Part shown: piece after piece, positions 1-9,751 of the stretch
Numbering within the stretch: the first letter of the stretch is position 1
Layout: each line of letters opens with the position of its first letter
Assembly: GCA_016213925.1 (NCBI GenBank)
Contig: JACQZH010000013.1
Span: forward strand, 14,034-78,033
DNA: 64,000 nt
Direction of reading: 5' to 3'
Origin: Candidatus Omnitrophota bacterium
GTDB taxonomy: Bacteria; Omnitrophota; Gorgyraeia; B26-G9
Position numbers and translations under genes: made by a program
Notes under the pieces: model-generated
Database searches by the model: none
Told to the model about the DNA's origin: nothing
What the model saw: only the letters and a program-made list of their open reading frames with translations

Positions 1-2
1 TG

Positions 3-140
3 ATATCGTTCGGCAGTCCTCGTGCTGGATTTACCTTAACTCCGTTCATAATTTTATTTGCGGCCTTTTCTGTTTATTGCTTGATGGATTTAATAAGGTT
101 CGGGTTTTTATTTTTAATAAATATGACAAGGATGGGATGA
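3..140 (+). CDS. 3' end of a GT-C-like membrane protein, truncated by the window start
   Basis: Frame 3 reads ISFGSPRAGFTLTPFIILFAAFSVYCLMDLIRFGFLFLINMTRMG*, resembling the C-terminus of 20330..22504 (MFGCPRYAFNMIPYMILFACFAMYML). Its TGA (138-140) overlaps the next ATG (ATGA). Not in the ORF track. Confidence 0.65.
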   Translation: MSFGSPRAGFTLTPFIILFAAFSVYCLMDLIRFGFLFLINMTRMG

Positions 141-1024
141 TGCTCCAAAGTTTGAATGAAAAGTTGTCAAAATATGATGTGCCGTTATTTTTTCTGCTTG
201 CGGCTATCCTTATCGTGTCAAACTACCAAAGCAAAACAATGTTTGGGGTTGTCTTACTGGGAGGTTTTTATTTAATTGCCATGCCGCGGCTAATCTATCT
301 TTATTTGAAAGATAATAAAAACAGTTTCAAAAAGGTTATTTATATATATTTTATTATGATTTTTGTGCATGTGCATTTGACAACTCAGAGAGCTGATAGG
401 GCGGATAAAACCGAAGGGGCCGGCAACGAGCCTAAAAAAGTTTATAAAGTTTCCTTATCTTCCGAAGATAATATTCCGTTTTTGGAAAAACCGTATTTTT
501 ATAGCGGGATAAAAGTGCGGACTACGGAATTCAGTGAAGGCCGGAAGGTGGTTGATTGTTCCTTGGATGAGAAAAAATTATATTTTCAGTGCACTAAGAA
601 ATACAGTAACATAGAGAATTCTGATTTTTCTTTTTTGGTTACTTATTATCCGGAAATGATATCAGGCACTTCGAAGTTTACTATTGTTTTTCAGTTTACC
701 GATGAGATGGAAAGGGAACTGGGTTTTCTTACCTATGTTCTATACGGGGCAAGCGATTTTTATTTCCACGTCAACAATAAAGTCGAAGATAAGGTTTTCG
801 CGACTTATATTGTTGATCCTATAGAAGGAGAGTGGAAGACGTTTGAGGCAAAAAGCATAATCGATGACTATAACGCAAGGGCTAAACAATTGGAAGGCAA
901 GCTCTGGGCTGAGCTTAAGGTGAAAAAAATGAAATTAACGATAATGTCCTGGAATGCTGACGGAGAAATCATGAATGTTTATTTAAAAGGGTTGCAATTG
1001 CAGGAGCGTAAAAAGGAGCAATAG
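137..1024 (+). CDS. Hypothetical membrane protein with a C-terminal LTYVLYG repeat domain
   Basis: Start moved from TTG 77 to ATG 137 (ATGA overlap). About three hydrophobic helices, then a ~135-aa beta-rich domain that also occurs twice in 9752..12685. Confidence 0.7.
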   Translation: MMLQSLNEKLSKYDVPLFFLLAAILIVSNYQSKTMFGVVLLGGFYLIAMPRLIYLYLKDNKNSFKKVIYIYFIMIFVHVHLTTQRADRADKTEGAGNEPKKVYKVSLSSEDNIPFLEKPYFYSGIKVRTTEFSEGRKVVDCSLDEKKLYFQCTKKYSNIENSDFSFLVTYYPEMISGTSKFTIVFQFTDEMERELGFLTYVLYGASDFYFHVNNKVEDKVFATYIVDPIEGEWKTFEAKSIIDDYNARAKQLEGKLWAELKVKKMKLTIMSWNADGEIMNVYLKGLQLQERKKEQ

Positions 1025-1050
1025 AGAAAATTAATAAAATCGATGATTTT

Positions 1051-2052
1051 ATGCAGAAAAATCTGGATAATAAATTCAAAAACAAAAATATCTTAATAAC
1101 CGGTGGCTTGGGTTTTATCGGCAGTAATTTGGCGATAAAACTGGTTAATCTAGGGGCAAAAGTTACTTTGATGGACGCAATGCTTGCTGATTATGGGGCA
1201 AACAGGTTTAATATCGAGCCGGTAAAAGATAAAGTTAAAGTTGATGAAAGCGATATCCGCGACGCGGATTCGGTTAACAGGCTTGTTCAAGGTAAAGACT
1301 TTATATTTCATTTAGCAGGGCAGGTATCTCATGTTTTAAGCCTGTCTAATCCGTTTCTTGACATTGACATTAATATCAAGGGTACGGCAATGTTGATGGA
1401 AGCCTGCCGTAATTATAACAGGAGCGCGAAAGTAATTTATACTGGAACACGCGGCCAGTATGGAAGCGTCGTAAAACTGCCGGTAGATGAAACTACTCCG
1501 ACAAATCCAAAGGGAATTTATGAGATTTCAAACCTGACCGCGGAAAAGATTATTAAAGTTTACAATGATAACTTTGGCATAAAATGTGTGTTGCTCAGGC
1601 TGACCAATGTTTACGGGCCGCGTTCCCAAATGAAAAATGACCATTATGGGGTCGTGAACTGGTTTATGCGTTTAGCTCTTGAAGATAAAGAAATTAAGGT
1701 TTTTGGCGACGGCAAGCTAAAACGGGATTTCCTTTATGTTGACGATTGCGTGGATGCGTTAATAATGAGCGCGGCAAATGAGAATGCTTATGGTGAAATA
1801 TTCAATGTCGGCATAAATAAACCGACAACTTTTGTTGAATTGGCCGAGCTGATCGTTCAGATAGCGGGAAGCGGCAGGTGGGAATTCGCTCCTTTCTCCG
1901 CAGAAAGAAAAGCTTTGGAACCGGGAGATTATTATTCGGATATTTCTAAGATCAAGGAACATGTTACCTGGGAACCTAGAATTTCTCTTGCTGAAGGGAT
2001 AAAAGCATCGATTGGTTATTATCAAAAATACCGGACGCATTATTGGGAATAG
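1051..2052 (+). CDS. NAD-dependent sugar epimerase/dehydratase (extended SDR)
   Basis: TGGLGFIG Rossmann motif, FHLAGQV, NVYGP, RDFLYVDD. The catalytic YxxxK reads YEISN (Lys replaced by Asn). Confidence 0.9.
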   Translation: MQKNLDNKFKNKNILITGGLGFIGSNLAIKLVNLGAKVTLMDAMLADYGANRFNIEPVKDKVKVDESDIRDADSVNRLVQGKDFIFHLAGQVSHVLSLSNPFLDIDINIKGTAMLMEACRNYNRSAKVIYTGTRGQYGSVVKLPVDETTPTNPKGIYEISNLTAEKIIKVYNDNFGIKCVLLRLTNVYGPRSQMKNDHYGVVNWFMRLALEDKEIKVFGDGKLKRDFLYVDDCVDALIMSAANENAYGEIFNVGINKPTTFVELAELIVQIAGSGRWEFAPFSAERKALEPGDYYSDISKIKEHVTWEPRISLAEGIKASIGYYQKYRTHYWE

Positions 2053-2057
2053 AGAAT

Positions 2058-3020
2058 ATGAAAAAAATAAATATACTTGTCAGCGGAGTAAGCTCATCTA
2101 ATTCAATTACTTTTATAAAAGCATTGCGTAGACAGAAAGAAATTAAATTCAAAATTTTTGGAACTGATATTTATGAGAAAAACCTTTCGCAGGGTGCTTA
2201 TTTTTGTGATGGTTTTTTTAAGGTTTCAAAGGCAAATCAAAAAATGTTTATTCCCAAGTTATTGAAAATCTGCAAAGAAAATTCAATTAGAGTGCTGGTT
2301 CCGATTATTGAAGAGGAGTTTGCTTTAGTATCAAGAGCAACCGCTGAATTTAAAAAATGTGGTACTTTGGTTATGCTGCCTGATTCGAAAACGATACTAA
2401 TGTGTTTGAATAAGATAAAACTTTCCCGGTTTTTAGAAAAGCATGAATTCCCGACTCCTAAAATATACTTATCAGTGCCAGAAAGGAGCAGTTTTCCTTT
2501 AGTGAAAAAGCCGATTAAGGGCAGGGGGAGCAAGGGGATAAGCATAGTATACAGAAAAGAGGACATTAAACAGGCAAACCGTAATGATAAAAGCTGCTTT
2601 TTTCAGGAATTTATCAAAGGGCAGGAATACAGCGTGGATGTATTATCTGATAGAAGCGGAAAAGCAAAGGCGGTCTTTTGCCGGGTAAGATTGGAAGTAA
2701 GGGATGGTAAAAGCGTTAAGGCAATAACAGTGAGAAATAAAACAGTTGAGGATTTGGCGGTTAGGATCGCTGATGCTCTCGGCTTAAAGGGGCCTTCGTG
2801 CCTACAGTGTATTGTTGATAAAGACGGAGTGCCTTATTTTTTTGATGTTAATACAAGGATTGGCTCGGCTACTATTTTGACAGTTGAGGCAGGAGTAAAT
2901 ATCCCTTTTTTAGCGGTTAAAAGTTTGCTTGGCATGAAAATTGATAAATTAACCGGAAAGTTTAAAGAAAATATTATTATGCTGCGTTATCTTGATGAAA
3001 TTTTCACGCTGGTTGATTAA
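2058..3020 (+). CDS. ATP-grasp domain protein (CarB/PylC-like ligase)
   Basis: FPLVKKPIKGRGSKG, FQEFIKGQEYSVD, FFDVNTRIG. ATG 2058 preferred over TTG 2043. Confidence 0.85.
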   Translation: MKKINILVSGVSSSNSITFIKALRRQKEIKFKIFGTDIYEKNLSQGAYFCDGFFKVSKANQKMFIPKLLKICKENSIRVLVPIIEEEFALVSRATAEFKKCGTLVMLPDSKTILMCLNKIKLSRFLEKHEFPTPKIYLSVPERSSFPLVKKPIKGRGSKGISIVYRKEDIKQANRNDKSCFFQEFIKGQEYSVDVLSDRSGKAKAVFCRVRLEVRDGKSVKAITVRNKTVEDLAVRIADALGLKGPSCLQCIVDKDGVPYFFDVNTRIGSATILTVEAGVNIPFLAVKSLLGMKIDKLTGKFKENIIMLRYLDEIFTLVD

Positions 3021-3034
3021 GGGGAAATATTTAT

Positions 3035-3703
3035 ATGAACATTTTTTTGGATTTTGACGGGCCTGTGCTTGATAACAAGGCTAGATTATATCAACTTTAT
3101 TTTGACCTTTTGGCCGAATTCGGCGGCAATCCTTTGCCTATCGATGAATATTGGCAGTTAAAAAGAAATTGTGTCAAAGAGGATGTAATATTAAAAGAAA
3201 AAAGCGGGTTTACCGAAGAGTTGAACGGAGATTATCAGAGGCTGCGTATTGAGCAAATTGAATCAAAGAGATATTTGAGCTTGAATGCGGTAATAAACGG
3301 TTGTTATGAGAGCCTTGACTTTTTGGCGAAACAAGGCGATTTGATGCTAATTACCAGCCGCAGGAACAGGGATAACCTTATCTGGGAGCTTAAAGATAAG
3401 AAACTTGAAAAGTATTTTAAAAAGATCCTATCGGATTTTAATGATTATCTGCCGGCTTGGCAGCTTAAGGTTGATTTAATACGAGAATTTATCCCTGAAT
3501 TCGGAAAAGCAGATATTATTGTGGGAGATACAGAAGCGGAGATTTTATGCGCAAAGGAGCTGGGGATTTATTCTATCGCTCTTTTGAGCGGAATCAGAAA
3601 TGAAGAAAAATTAAAATTATATGTTCCGGATATAATCTATGAGAATATAAATGAAGTTGTTAAAAATTGGACGCAGATTAAAACAAACGCGCAGAAGATA
3701 TGA
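3035..3703 (+). CDS. HAD-family hydrolase
   Basis: Motif I variant LDFDGPV and motif IV IVGDTEAE. Confidence 0.85.
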   Translation: MNIFLDFDGPVLDNKARLYQLYFDLLAEFGGNPLPIDEYWQLKRNCVKEDVILKEKSGFTEELNGDYQRLRIEQIESKRYLSLNAVINGCYESLDFLAKQGDLMLITSRRNRDNLIWELKDKKLEKYFKKILSDFNDYLPAWQLKVDLIREFIPEFGKADIIVGDTEAEILCAKELGIYSIALLSGIRNEEKLKLYVPDIIYENINEVVKNWTQIKTNAQKI

Positions 3704-4827
3704 AAAATATACTTTTTGTAGAGCTTTCCAGGGAATATAAGGCGCTAAGAAAAGAAATTGATTCAAAAGTGGCTAAGGTATTGGACTCTGGCCGTTTTTT
3801 GCTCGGGCCGGAATGCGCGAAATTTGAAGAAGCATTTGCCAAATATTGCGGAATTAAATTTTGTGTCGGGGTCGCTTCCGGGACAGAAGCAGTGGCATTG
3901 GCATTAATGGCATCAGGTACCGGGCATGGGGATTTGGTAATTACAGCAGCTAATACTGCGGTGCCTACTGTTTCGGCTATATCAATGAGCGGTGCAGAGC
4001 CTTTGTTTGTCGATATTGACGAAAAAACCATGTTAATGTCTCCGGAAAGTTTGCAAATCTGCTTAAAAAAGATGCCAAAGGCGATATTAAAGCGTATTAA
4101 AGCAATAATTCCTGTGCATCTTTACGGGCTTATGTGTGCGATGGATGAGATTAAGGCTATAGCTGATAAATATAAAATCGCTATTATAGAAGATTGCGCG
4201 CAGGCACACGGTGCGGAATATAAGGGTAAAAGAGCCGGTACTATAGGGATGTTTGGCTGTTATAGCTTTTATCCCAGCAAAAATCTCGGTTGTTACGGCG
4301 ACGGCGGTGCGGTTATTGTAGATAATACGAAATTATATGAAAAACTAACAATGCTTAGAAATTACGGGCAAACAGACAGGTATAACCATGAAATTATCGG
4401 TATTAACAGCAGGTTGAGCGAATTGCAGTCAGCGATATTGAACGTTAAACTTAAATATCTCGATGCTTGGAACGCAAGGCGCCGGTTTTTAGCGCAGATG
4501 TATACGAATGGGCTTAAAGATTATAATGTATGGTTTCAGGAATTCAGGCAACAGGAAAGATCGCATGTTTATCATCTTATGGTTTTGCGCAGCGATAAAA
4601 GGCAATCACTTGTAAAATATTTATCAGAGCAGGGCATCCACACGTTAATCCATTATCCTAGGCCGGTGTATTTGCAAAAGGCATACAGGAATATTATATA
4701 TAGAAAAAACAGCTGTAAAATTGCGGAGCGCACCTGCAAACAAATTTTCAGTATACCGCTTTATCCTTTTTTAAAAGATAAGGAAGCTAAATTTATAGTA
4801 GATAAATTAAGGAGGTTTTTAAAATGA
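3700..4827 (+). CDS. DegT/DnrJ/EryC1/StrS family PLP-dependent sugar aminotransferase
   Basis: SGTEA, IIPVHLYG, IEDCAQAHG and SFYPSKNLG with the Schiff-base Lys intact. Confidence 0.93.
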   Translation: MKNILFVELSREYKALRKEIDSKVAKVLDSGRFLLGPECAKFEEAFAKYCGIKFCVGVASGTEAVALALMASGTGHGDLVITAANTAVPTVSAISMSGAEPLFVDIDEKTMLMSPESLQICLKKMPKAILKRIKAIIPVHLYGLMCAMDEIKAIADKYKIAIIEDCAQAHGAEYKGKRAGTIGMFGCYSFYPSKNLGCYGDGGAVIVDNTKLYEKLTMLRNYGQTDRYNHEIIGINSRLSELQSAILNVKLKYLDAWNARRRFLAQMYTNGLKDYNVWFQEFRQQERSHVYHLMVLRSDKRQSLVKYLSEQGIHTLIHYPRPVYLQKAYRNIIYRKNSCKIAERTCKQIFSIPLYPFLKDKEAKFIVDKLRRFLK

Positions 4828-5753
4828 CTACCTTAAGCATAATAGTGCCGGTTTTTTTTAATGAAGAAAGTCTTCCTTTGCTTTATGAAAAGCTTGAGCA
4901 GGTTTCGCGACAAATGAATAATGTGTGTTTTGAATATGTTTTTGTTGATGACGGCTCCAAAGATAATTCCTATAAGGTACTGCTGGATATTTCGAAAAGT
5001 GATAAACGTGTTAAAATTGTCAAGCTATCGCGCAATTTCGGTTCTTTTGTTGCCTGCTTTGCAGGGCTTACTTACGCAAAAGGCGATTGCGCTTTGATAA
5101 TGGCCGCGGATTTACAGGATCCTCCGGAATTGATCCCTGAACTTTTTAGTAAATGGCAACAAGGCAGTGAGGTGGTGTTTGCCGTTAAGCAAAAAAGGGA
5201 AGAAAGTAGTATGAATATTTTCTTTTCTTCGATATTTCACAGGATTTTTCGTCTTATCGCGTTGGGGAATGCTCCAAAACATGGATTTGATTTTGTTTTG
5301 ATCGGCAGAAAAGTAATTGATGTGCTGGTTAAATCAGGGGAGAAGAATTCTTCGATCATGGGGCAAATTATTTGGGCAGGATTTAAAACCGACCAGATAA
5401 GTTATACAAAGAAAGCACGCCTGCATGGTAAATCCCGCTGGAAATTCTGGACGAAAATAAAATATTTTATAGATTCAATAATGGCTTTTAGTTATTTCCC
5501 GATAAGAATGGCCTCATTTTTGGGTATTGGAATAGCTTTAATCGGTTTTATATTTGCTGTATATGCAGTCTACCGCAGGATTTTTTTTGGTGTTAATGTC
5601 CCGGGTTTTACGCTTTTGCTGGTTGTAATATTGCTGACCTCAGGCGCGCAAATGATTCTTTTGGGGATTATCGGCGAGTATATATGGAGAGCGCTTGATG
5701 AGGCAAGAAAAAGGCCTATTTTTATCGTAGACGAACTTATTAATAATGACTAG
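4824..5753 (+). CDS. GT2 polyprenyl-phosphate glycosyltransferase (ArnC/GtrB-like)
   Basis: IIVPVFFNE, FVDDGSKD, LSRNFG, ADLQDPP, two C-terminal TM helices, GEYIWR...RPIF. Confidence 0.9.
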   Translation: MTTLSIIVPVFFNEESLPLLYEKLEQVSRQMNNVCFEYVFVDDGSKDNSYKVLLDISKSDKRVKIVKLSRNFGSFVACFAGLTYAKGDCALIMAADLQDPPELIPELFSKWQQGSEVVFAVKQKREESSMNIFFSSIFHRIFRLIALGNAPKHGFDFVLIGRKVIDVLVKSGEKNSSIMGQIIWAGFKTDQISYTKKARLHGKSRWKFWTKIKYFIDSIMAFSYFPIRMASFLGIGIALIGFIFAVYAVYRRIFFGVNVPGFTLLLVVILLTSGAQMILLGIIGEYIWRALDEARKRPIFIVDELINND

Positions 5754-5816
5754 ATAGGATAATCCCAAATTTTGGGATAATAAATATAACTAATTTCTCT
5801 GAAGAAAGATAAGAAT

Positions 5817-7223
5817 TTGAATATTGCTTTGGTCTGGCCTTTTGGAAATGATTGCAACTGGGTTTTTCCAATGTCCATAGGGTTCCTTGAGGCTAATTTG
5901 CCTAAGGATAAGTTTAATACCTATGTTTTTGATTTTTCCCTGGAAAAAGTTAATCCGTATACGGAGAGAAAAAGATTAAAAACCTTTTTCGCGGATTTGG
6001 ATATAAATGTTTTTGGAATAAGCAGTGCCTTGTCTTTTAATTACCCTTATGCGCGTAAGACCGCTGAAATTATAAAAGAATTGATACCGCGGGCAAAAAT
6101 AGTCTTAGGCGGATGCCACGCGTCAATGACTGCATGTAAAATACTCGGAGAAAATGACAATATTGATTTTATATTAAAAGGAGAAGCAGAGTTTTCTTTC
6201 CCTGCATTGCTTGATTATTTTAAATCCAATTTATCGGAAGATGCTTTATCGCTGGTGCCGGGTTTAGTTTATAGGCGCAATAACAGCATTATGGAGAATC
6301 CTGCGGTTATTACTCAGGACTTAGACAGTATTAAGCCGGTTAATTACAGGAAAATGCGTTTAGAAGATTATGTCAAAGCCGGGTACCGTTACGGTACGAA
6401 TAATTTCGGTTTATCAGCGCCTTTGTGGATAAGCCGCGGCTGTCCTTACGGATGCACTTTTTGCTCGGCGTCGATTATGAACGGCAGAAAAGTCAGGTAC
6501 CACTCCATAGAATATGTAATCAAACTTATTAAGCATCTTTATGAGAAAGAAAATGTGAGAACGTTTACAATTATTGATGATAATTTCACGTTTGACCGTG
6601 CTTATGTTAAAAAATTCTGCTTTGAAGTAAAAAAACTCGGGTTTAAAGATATAAATATTGTTGCGCCTAACGGAGTGCGCATAGACAGGCTTGATCAGGA
6701 GACTTTAAAGCTGATGTATGAAGCCGGCTGGAGAGTCTTGATGGTTGCGATCGAAACGGATAATGAAAAAATAATGCAAAAAATGGATAAAAAGATCGAC
6801 CTTAAGGAAGTCCCCGGAAAAATTGCAATGATTAAAAGAGCAGGATTTAAGGTGCATAGCAATTTCATTTTAGGATTTCCCGGGGCATCCAGGGGAGATA
6901 TTAAGAAAACAATTGATTATGCCTGCCGTCTGGAGCTTGACATGGTTGGTTTCCCTAAATTTCAGCCTTTGCCTGGAACTAAGATGTTTGATGAGTTGTG
7001 TTCGAACGGAGAAATTGACGAGGATTTTCTGCCTGTTGAGTATAATGAAAAGTCTAAATATGCGCCAAAGGGAATAAAGACGCAAATGCTGGATAAGCTT
7101 CAGAGAAATGCGTATTTATTATTTTACCTGAGACATCCGGCTTCAATTTTGTTGTTGTTTGAGAATTATAGTATCAAGCATTTGCTCGGATATATAAGAA
7201 GAGTAATTATAGGAAAAAGTTAA
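5817..7223 (+). CDS. Cobalamin-binding radical SAM enzyme (class B)
   Basis: B12-binding N-domain (IVLGGCHAS...GEAE), SRGCPYGCTFC, DDNFT, FILGFPG. Confidence 0.9.
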   Translation: MNIALVWPFGNDCNWVFPMSIGFLEANLPKDKFNTYVFDFSLEKVNPYTERKRLKTFFADLDINVFGISSALSFNYPYARKTAEIIKELIPRAKIVLGGCHASMTACKILGENDNIDFILKGEAEFSFPALLDYFKSNLSEDALSLVPGLVYRRNNSIMENPAVITQDLDSIKPVNYRKMRLEDYVKAGYRYGTNNFGLSAPLWISRGCPYGCTFCSASIMNGRKVRYHSIEYVIKLIKHLYEKENVRTFTIIDDNFTFDRAYVKKFCFEVKKLGFKDINIVAPNGVRIDRLDQETLKLMYEAGWRVLMVAIETDNEKIMQKMDKKIDLKEVPGKIAMIKRAGFKVHSNFILGFPGASRGDIKKTIDYACRLELDMVGFPKFQPLPGTKMFDELCSNGEIDEDFLPVEYNEKSKYAPKGIKTQMLDKLQRNAYLLFYLRHPASILLLFENYSIKHLLGYIRRVIIGKS

Positions 7224-7247
7224 GATTAACTTTGGAGTTTTTTTTGT

Positions 7248-8717
7248 ATGATTTTAGATAAAACAAAAGTGTTATTGATAGAACCTCCTCCTCTATGGAA
7301 ATACGGCAATCAGAGGTCTAAAGGAGCTTTCGGTAACCTTAAGACAGATATAAGATGGCCGCCGATCGATTTGATGGTTATTGCCGGATACCTTCGTAAA
7401 AATAATGTTGAAGTTGCGCTTATTGATGCCGGAGGAGAAAGGCTTATGATCGATAAGCTGGCAGAAAGCATATCGAACGTAGATGCCCGGCTGATCGTGA
7501 TTAATACTTCTACTACAACGATATATCATGATGTCAATATCGCAGAAAGAATAAAAAGAATCAAGCCGGCGGCTTTGGTAGGAGCAATCGGAGTTCATGT
7601 AATGGCATTGCCGGAAGAAACGCTAAAATTATCAGAGGGGTTGGATTTTGTCGTGGTTTCTGAGCCGGAAATTCCGATACTAAATCTGGCGAAAATCCTG
7701 GACTTGCCCGGAACCAAGGGTATTTGTTATCTGAAAAACAGTCAAATAATAAAAAATTTACCTGAGTCCCCGATTTCTAATCTGGATGAACTGGGAATGC
7801 CGGCGCATGATCTGGTGCCTTTGAATATATATAAAGAACCGCAGCTTAAAAGAAAGCCGATGACAATTACTATGGTCTCACGCGGTTGTATAAATAGGTG
7901 TATTTTTTGCAGTGCCTGTTTTTATGGTGATTACAGGTTGCGTTCGATTTCTAATGTTATGGAAGAACTAAAATGGATAAGCAGTGAACTAGGGGTAAAG
8001 GAGTTGAAATTTTATGACGATGGGATCACCTATAACCGTAAATGGGCAGTGAGCTTGTTTCAGGCAATGATTGATGAGAAAATTGACTTAACCTGGAATA
8101 CTAATCTCCGCGCGGATTCTATTGATTTGGAACTGGCTCAACTGATGAAAAAAGCAGGCTGCCATACGGTGAATATGGGGCTGGAAAGCGCTAATCAGGA
8201 TATTTTAAACAACATTAAAAAAAATGTTACGTTGGAAAAAATGGAGCAAGCTGTTAAATATTGCAAGCAAGCGGGATTAGAGGTTTGCGGGTATTTTGTT
8301 ATTGGTTTACCAGGGGAAACATTGGAAACTGTTAATCAGACTGTGGAATTTGCAAAACGGCTTGACTTGGACCTGGCTACTTTTAATGTGACGGCGCCAC
8401 ACCCCGGAACGGAATTTTTTGACTTTTTGCAGAAAAAAGGGTTTCTGAAAACTAAGAATTGGGAAAAATATGATACAAACAGCCTGCCTGTGTATGATTA
8501 TCCCAAAATGAGCGCGCAGGATATTTATAGCCTTGCGTTAAAGGCATACCGGCATTTTTATATGAGGCCGGGTTATTTTTTAAAAAGGCTTAAAAGAGTG
8601 AATTCCTTGCTGGAAATGAAAAATCTGGCAGAAAATTTTTTTGCGTTTATGGAAAATTTTATTATTAAAAGCGTAGCAAGGGATGTAATTGCTATTTTTA
8701 AAATGGAGAAGAAATGA
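7248..8717 (+). CDS. Cobalamin-binding radical SAM enzyme (class B, HpnJ-like)
   Basis: SRGCINRCIFC, FYDDGIT, MGLES, FVIGLPGET, PHPGT. Confidence 0.9.
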   Translation: MILDKTKVLLIEPPPLWKYGNQRSKGAFGNLKTDIRWPPIDLMVIAGYLRKNNVEVALIDAGGERLMIDKLAESISNVDARLIVINTSTTTIYHDVNIAERIKRIKPAALVGAIGVHVMALPEETLKLSEGLDFVVVSEPEIPILNLAKILDLPGTKGICYLKNSQIIKNLPESPISNLDELGMPAHDLVPLNIYKEPQLKRKPMTITMVSRGCINRCIFCSACFYGDYRLRSISNVMEELKWISSELGVKELKFYDDGITYNRKWAVSLFQAMIDEKIDLTWNTNLRADSIDLELAQLMKKAGCHTVNMGLESANQDILNNIKKNVTLEKMEQAVKYCKQAGLEVCGYFVIGLPGETLETVNQTVEFAKRLDLDLATFNVTAPHPGTEFFDFLQKKGFLKTKNWEKYDTNSLPVYDYPKMSAQDIYSLALKAYRHFYMRPGYFLKRLKRVNSLLEMKNLAENFFAFMENFIIKSVARDVIAIFKMEKK

Positions 8718-9733
8718 AGAAAAAAGATTTATCTTTTTTTTACTGCCGCAGTTGTAATAAATCACTTGAAATAAAAGTAATTGATTCAAAAGCAGATGAT
8801 GTGCAAGAAGGAATTTTCAGCTGCTCTGGTTGCGGCCAGTGGTATCCGCTGACAGAGAGAATAGGGTTCTTTCTGAAAAATGATTACTCTTTTGCTGAAG
8901 AATTCAGGCAGAGGTTTGTGAAGAGGCATGCCTTAAAATTGGAAAATAAGAATTGTGACAGCGAGCAGTTATCTATTAAAGAAAAAAATAAGCAAATTGA
9001 ATTTTTTAATATTGAATCAGATTGTTATACCTATGTACATACTATGAGCCAATTTGTCCGGCTTTTAGATGCGCAGTTACTTAAGTTCTGGGGGCAATAT
9101 ATTCTTGAAAACGGTGTGATCATTGATCTGGGCTGTGGGACAGGGATGAGGACTTTGCCTTTGGCAGGGCAGTATACAAACAGTAATATAATCGGAGTTG
9201 ATATTTCAATAGGTATGATCCGTGTGGCGTTGAAGCATGCCCAAGATAAGGGATTAAATAATATTAGTTTTATTGTTGCTGACGCAGATAATCTTCCATT
9301 TGCCGCTGAAATTACTGAAACAGTTATCGGCCCAGGCATATTGCATCATGTGCCGGAACCTAAAGCTGTACTAAGGGAGGCGCAAAGGGTTTTAAAAACA
9401 AACGGATGTTATCTGGGAATTGAAAACAACCGGTCTGTTTTTCGTTTTGTTTTTGACTTTCTTCAGAAAATAAAACCTGCCTGGAGAGAGGAAGCGGGAA
9501 GGCATCCTTTGATTTCTGTTGAAGAGTTAATAAGATGGGGCAAGGAAGAGTTATTGGAGATTAGTGCTCATTCGCGTGTATTCCTTCCGCCGCAGCTAAT
9601 TAATAGTTTATCTTTGAATATGGCGGAAAAAGTTTTTAATTTTTCTGAAAATACAGGGCGATGGTTGCCGTTTATCCGCAATCATGGAGGGATGCTTTTT
9701 ATTCAGGGGAGAAAAATCGTTTCTCGCGATTAA
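8714..9733 (+). CDS. Class I SAM-dependent methyltransferase with N-terminal Trm112-like Zn ribbon
   Basis: CRSC...CSGC, IDLGCGTG, GVDIS, ADADNLPF, LHHVPEP. Confidence 0.85.
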   Translation: MKKKDLSFFYCRSCNKSLEIKVIDSKADDVQEGIFSCSGCGQWYPLTERIGFFLKNDYSFAEEFRQRFVKRHALKLENKNCDSEQLSIKEKNKQIEFFNIESDCYTYVHTMSQFVRLLDAQLLKFWGQYILENGVIIDLGCGTGMRTLPLAGQYTNSNIIGVDISIGMIRVALKHAQDKGLNNISFIVADADNLPFAAEITETVIGPGILHHVPEPKAVLREAQRVLKTNGCYLGIENNRSVFRFVFDFLQKIKPAWREEAGRHPLISVEELIRWGKEELLEISAHSRVFLPPQLINSLSLNMAEKVFNFSENTGRWLPFIRNHGGMLFIQGRKIVSRD

Positions 9734-9751
9734 AAATACAATTATCGGATT

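Noticed and set aside
77-136. TTG start at 77 for the first ORF
   Set aside because: This stretch is better explained as the 3' end of an upstream GT-C-like gene in frame 3, with ATGA coupling at 137.
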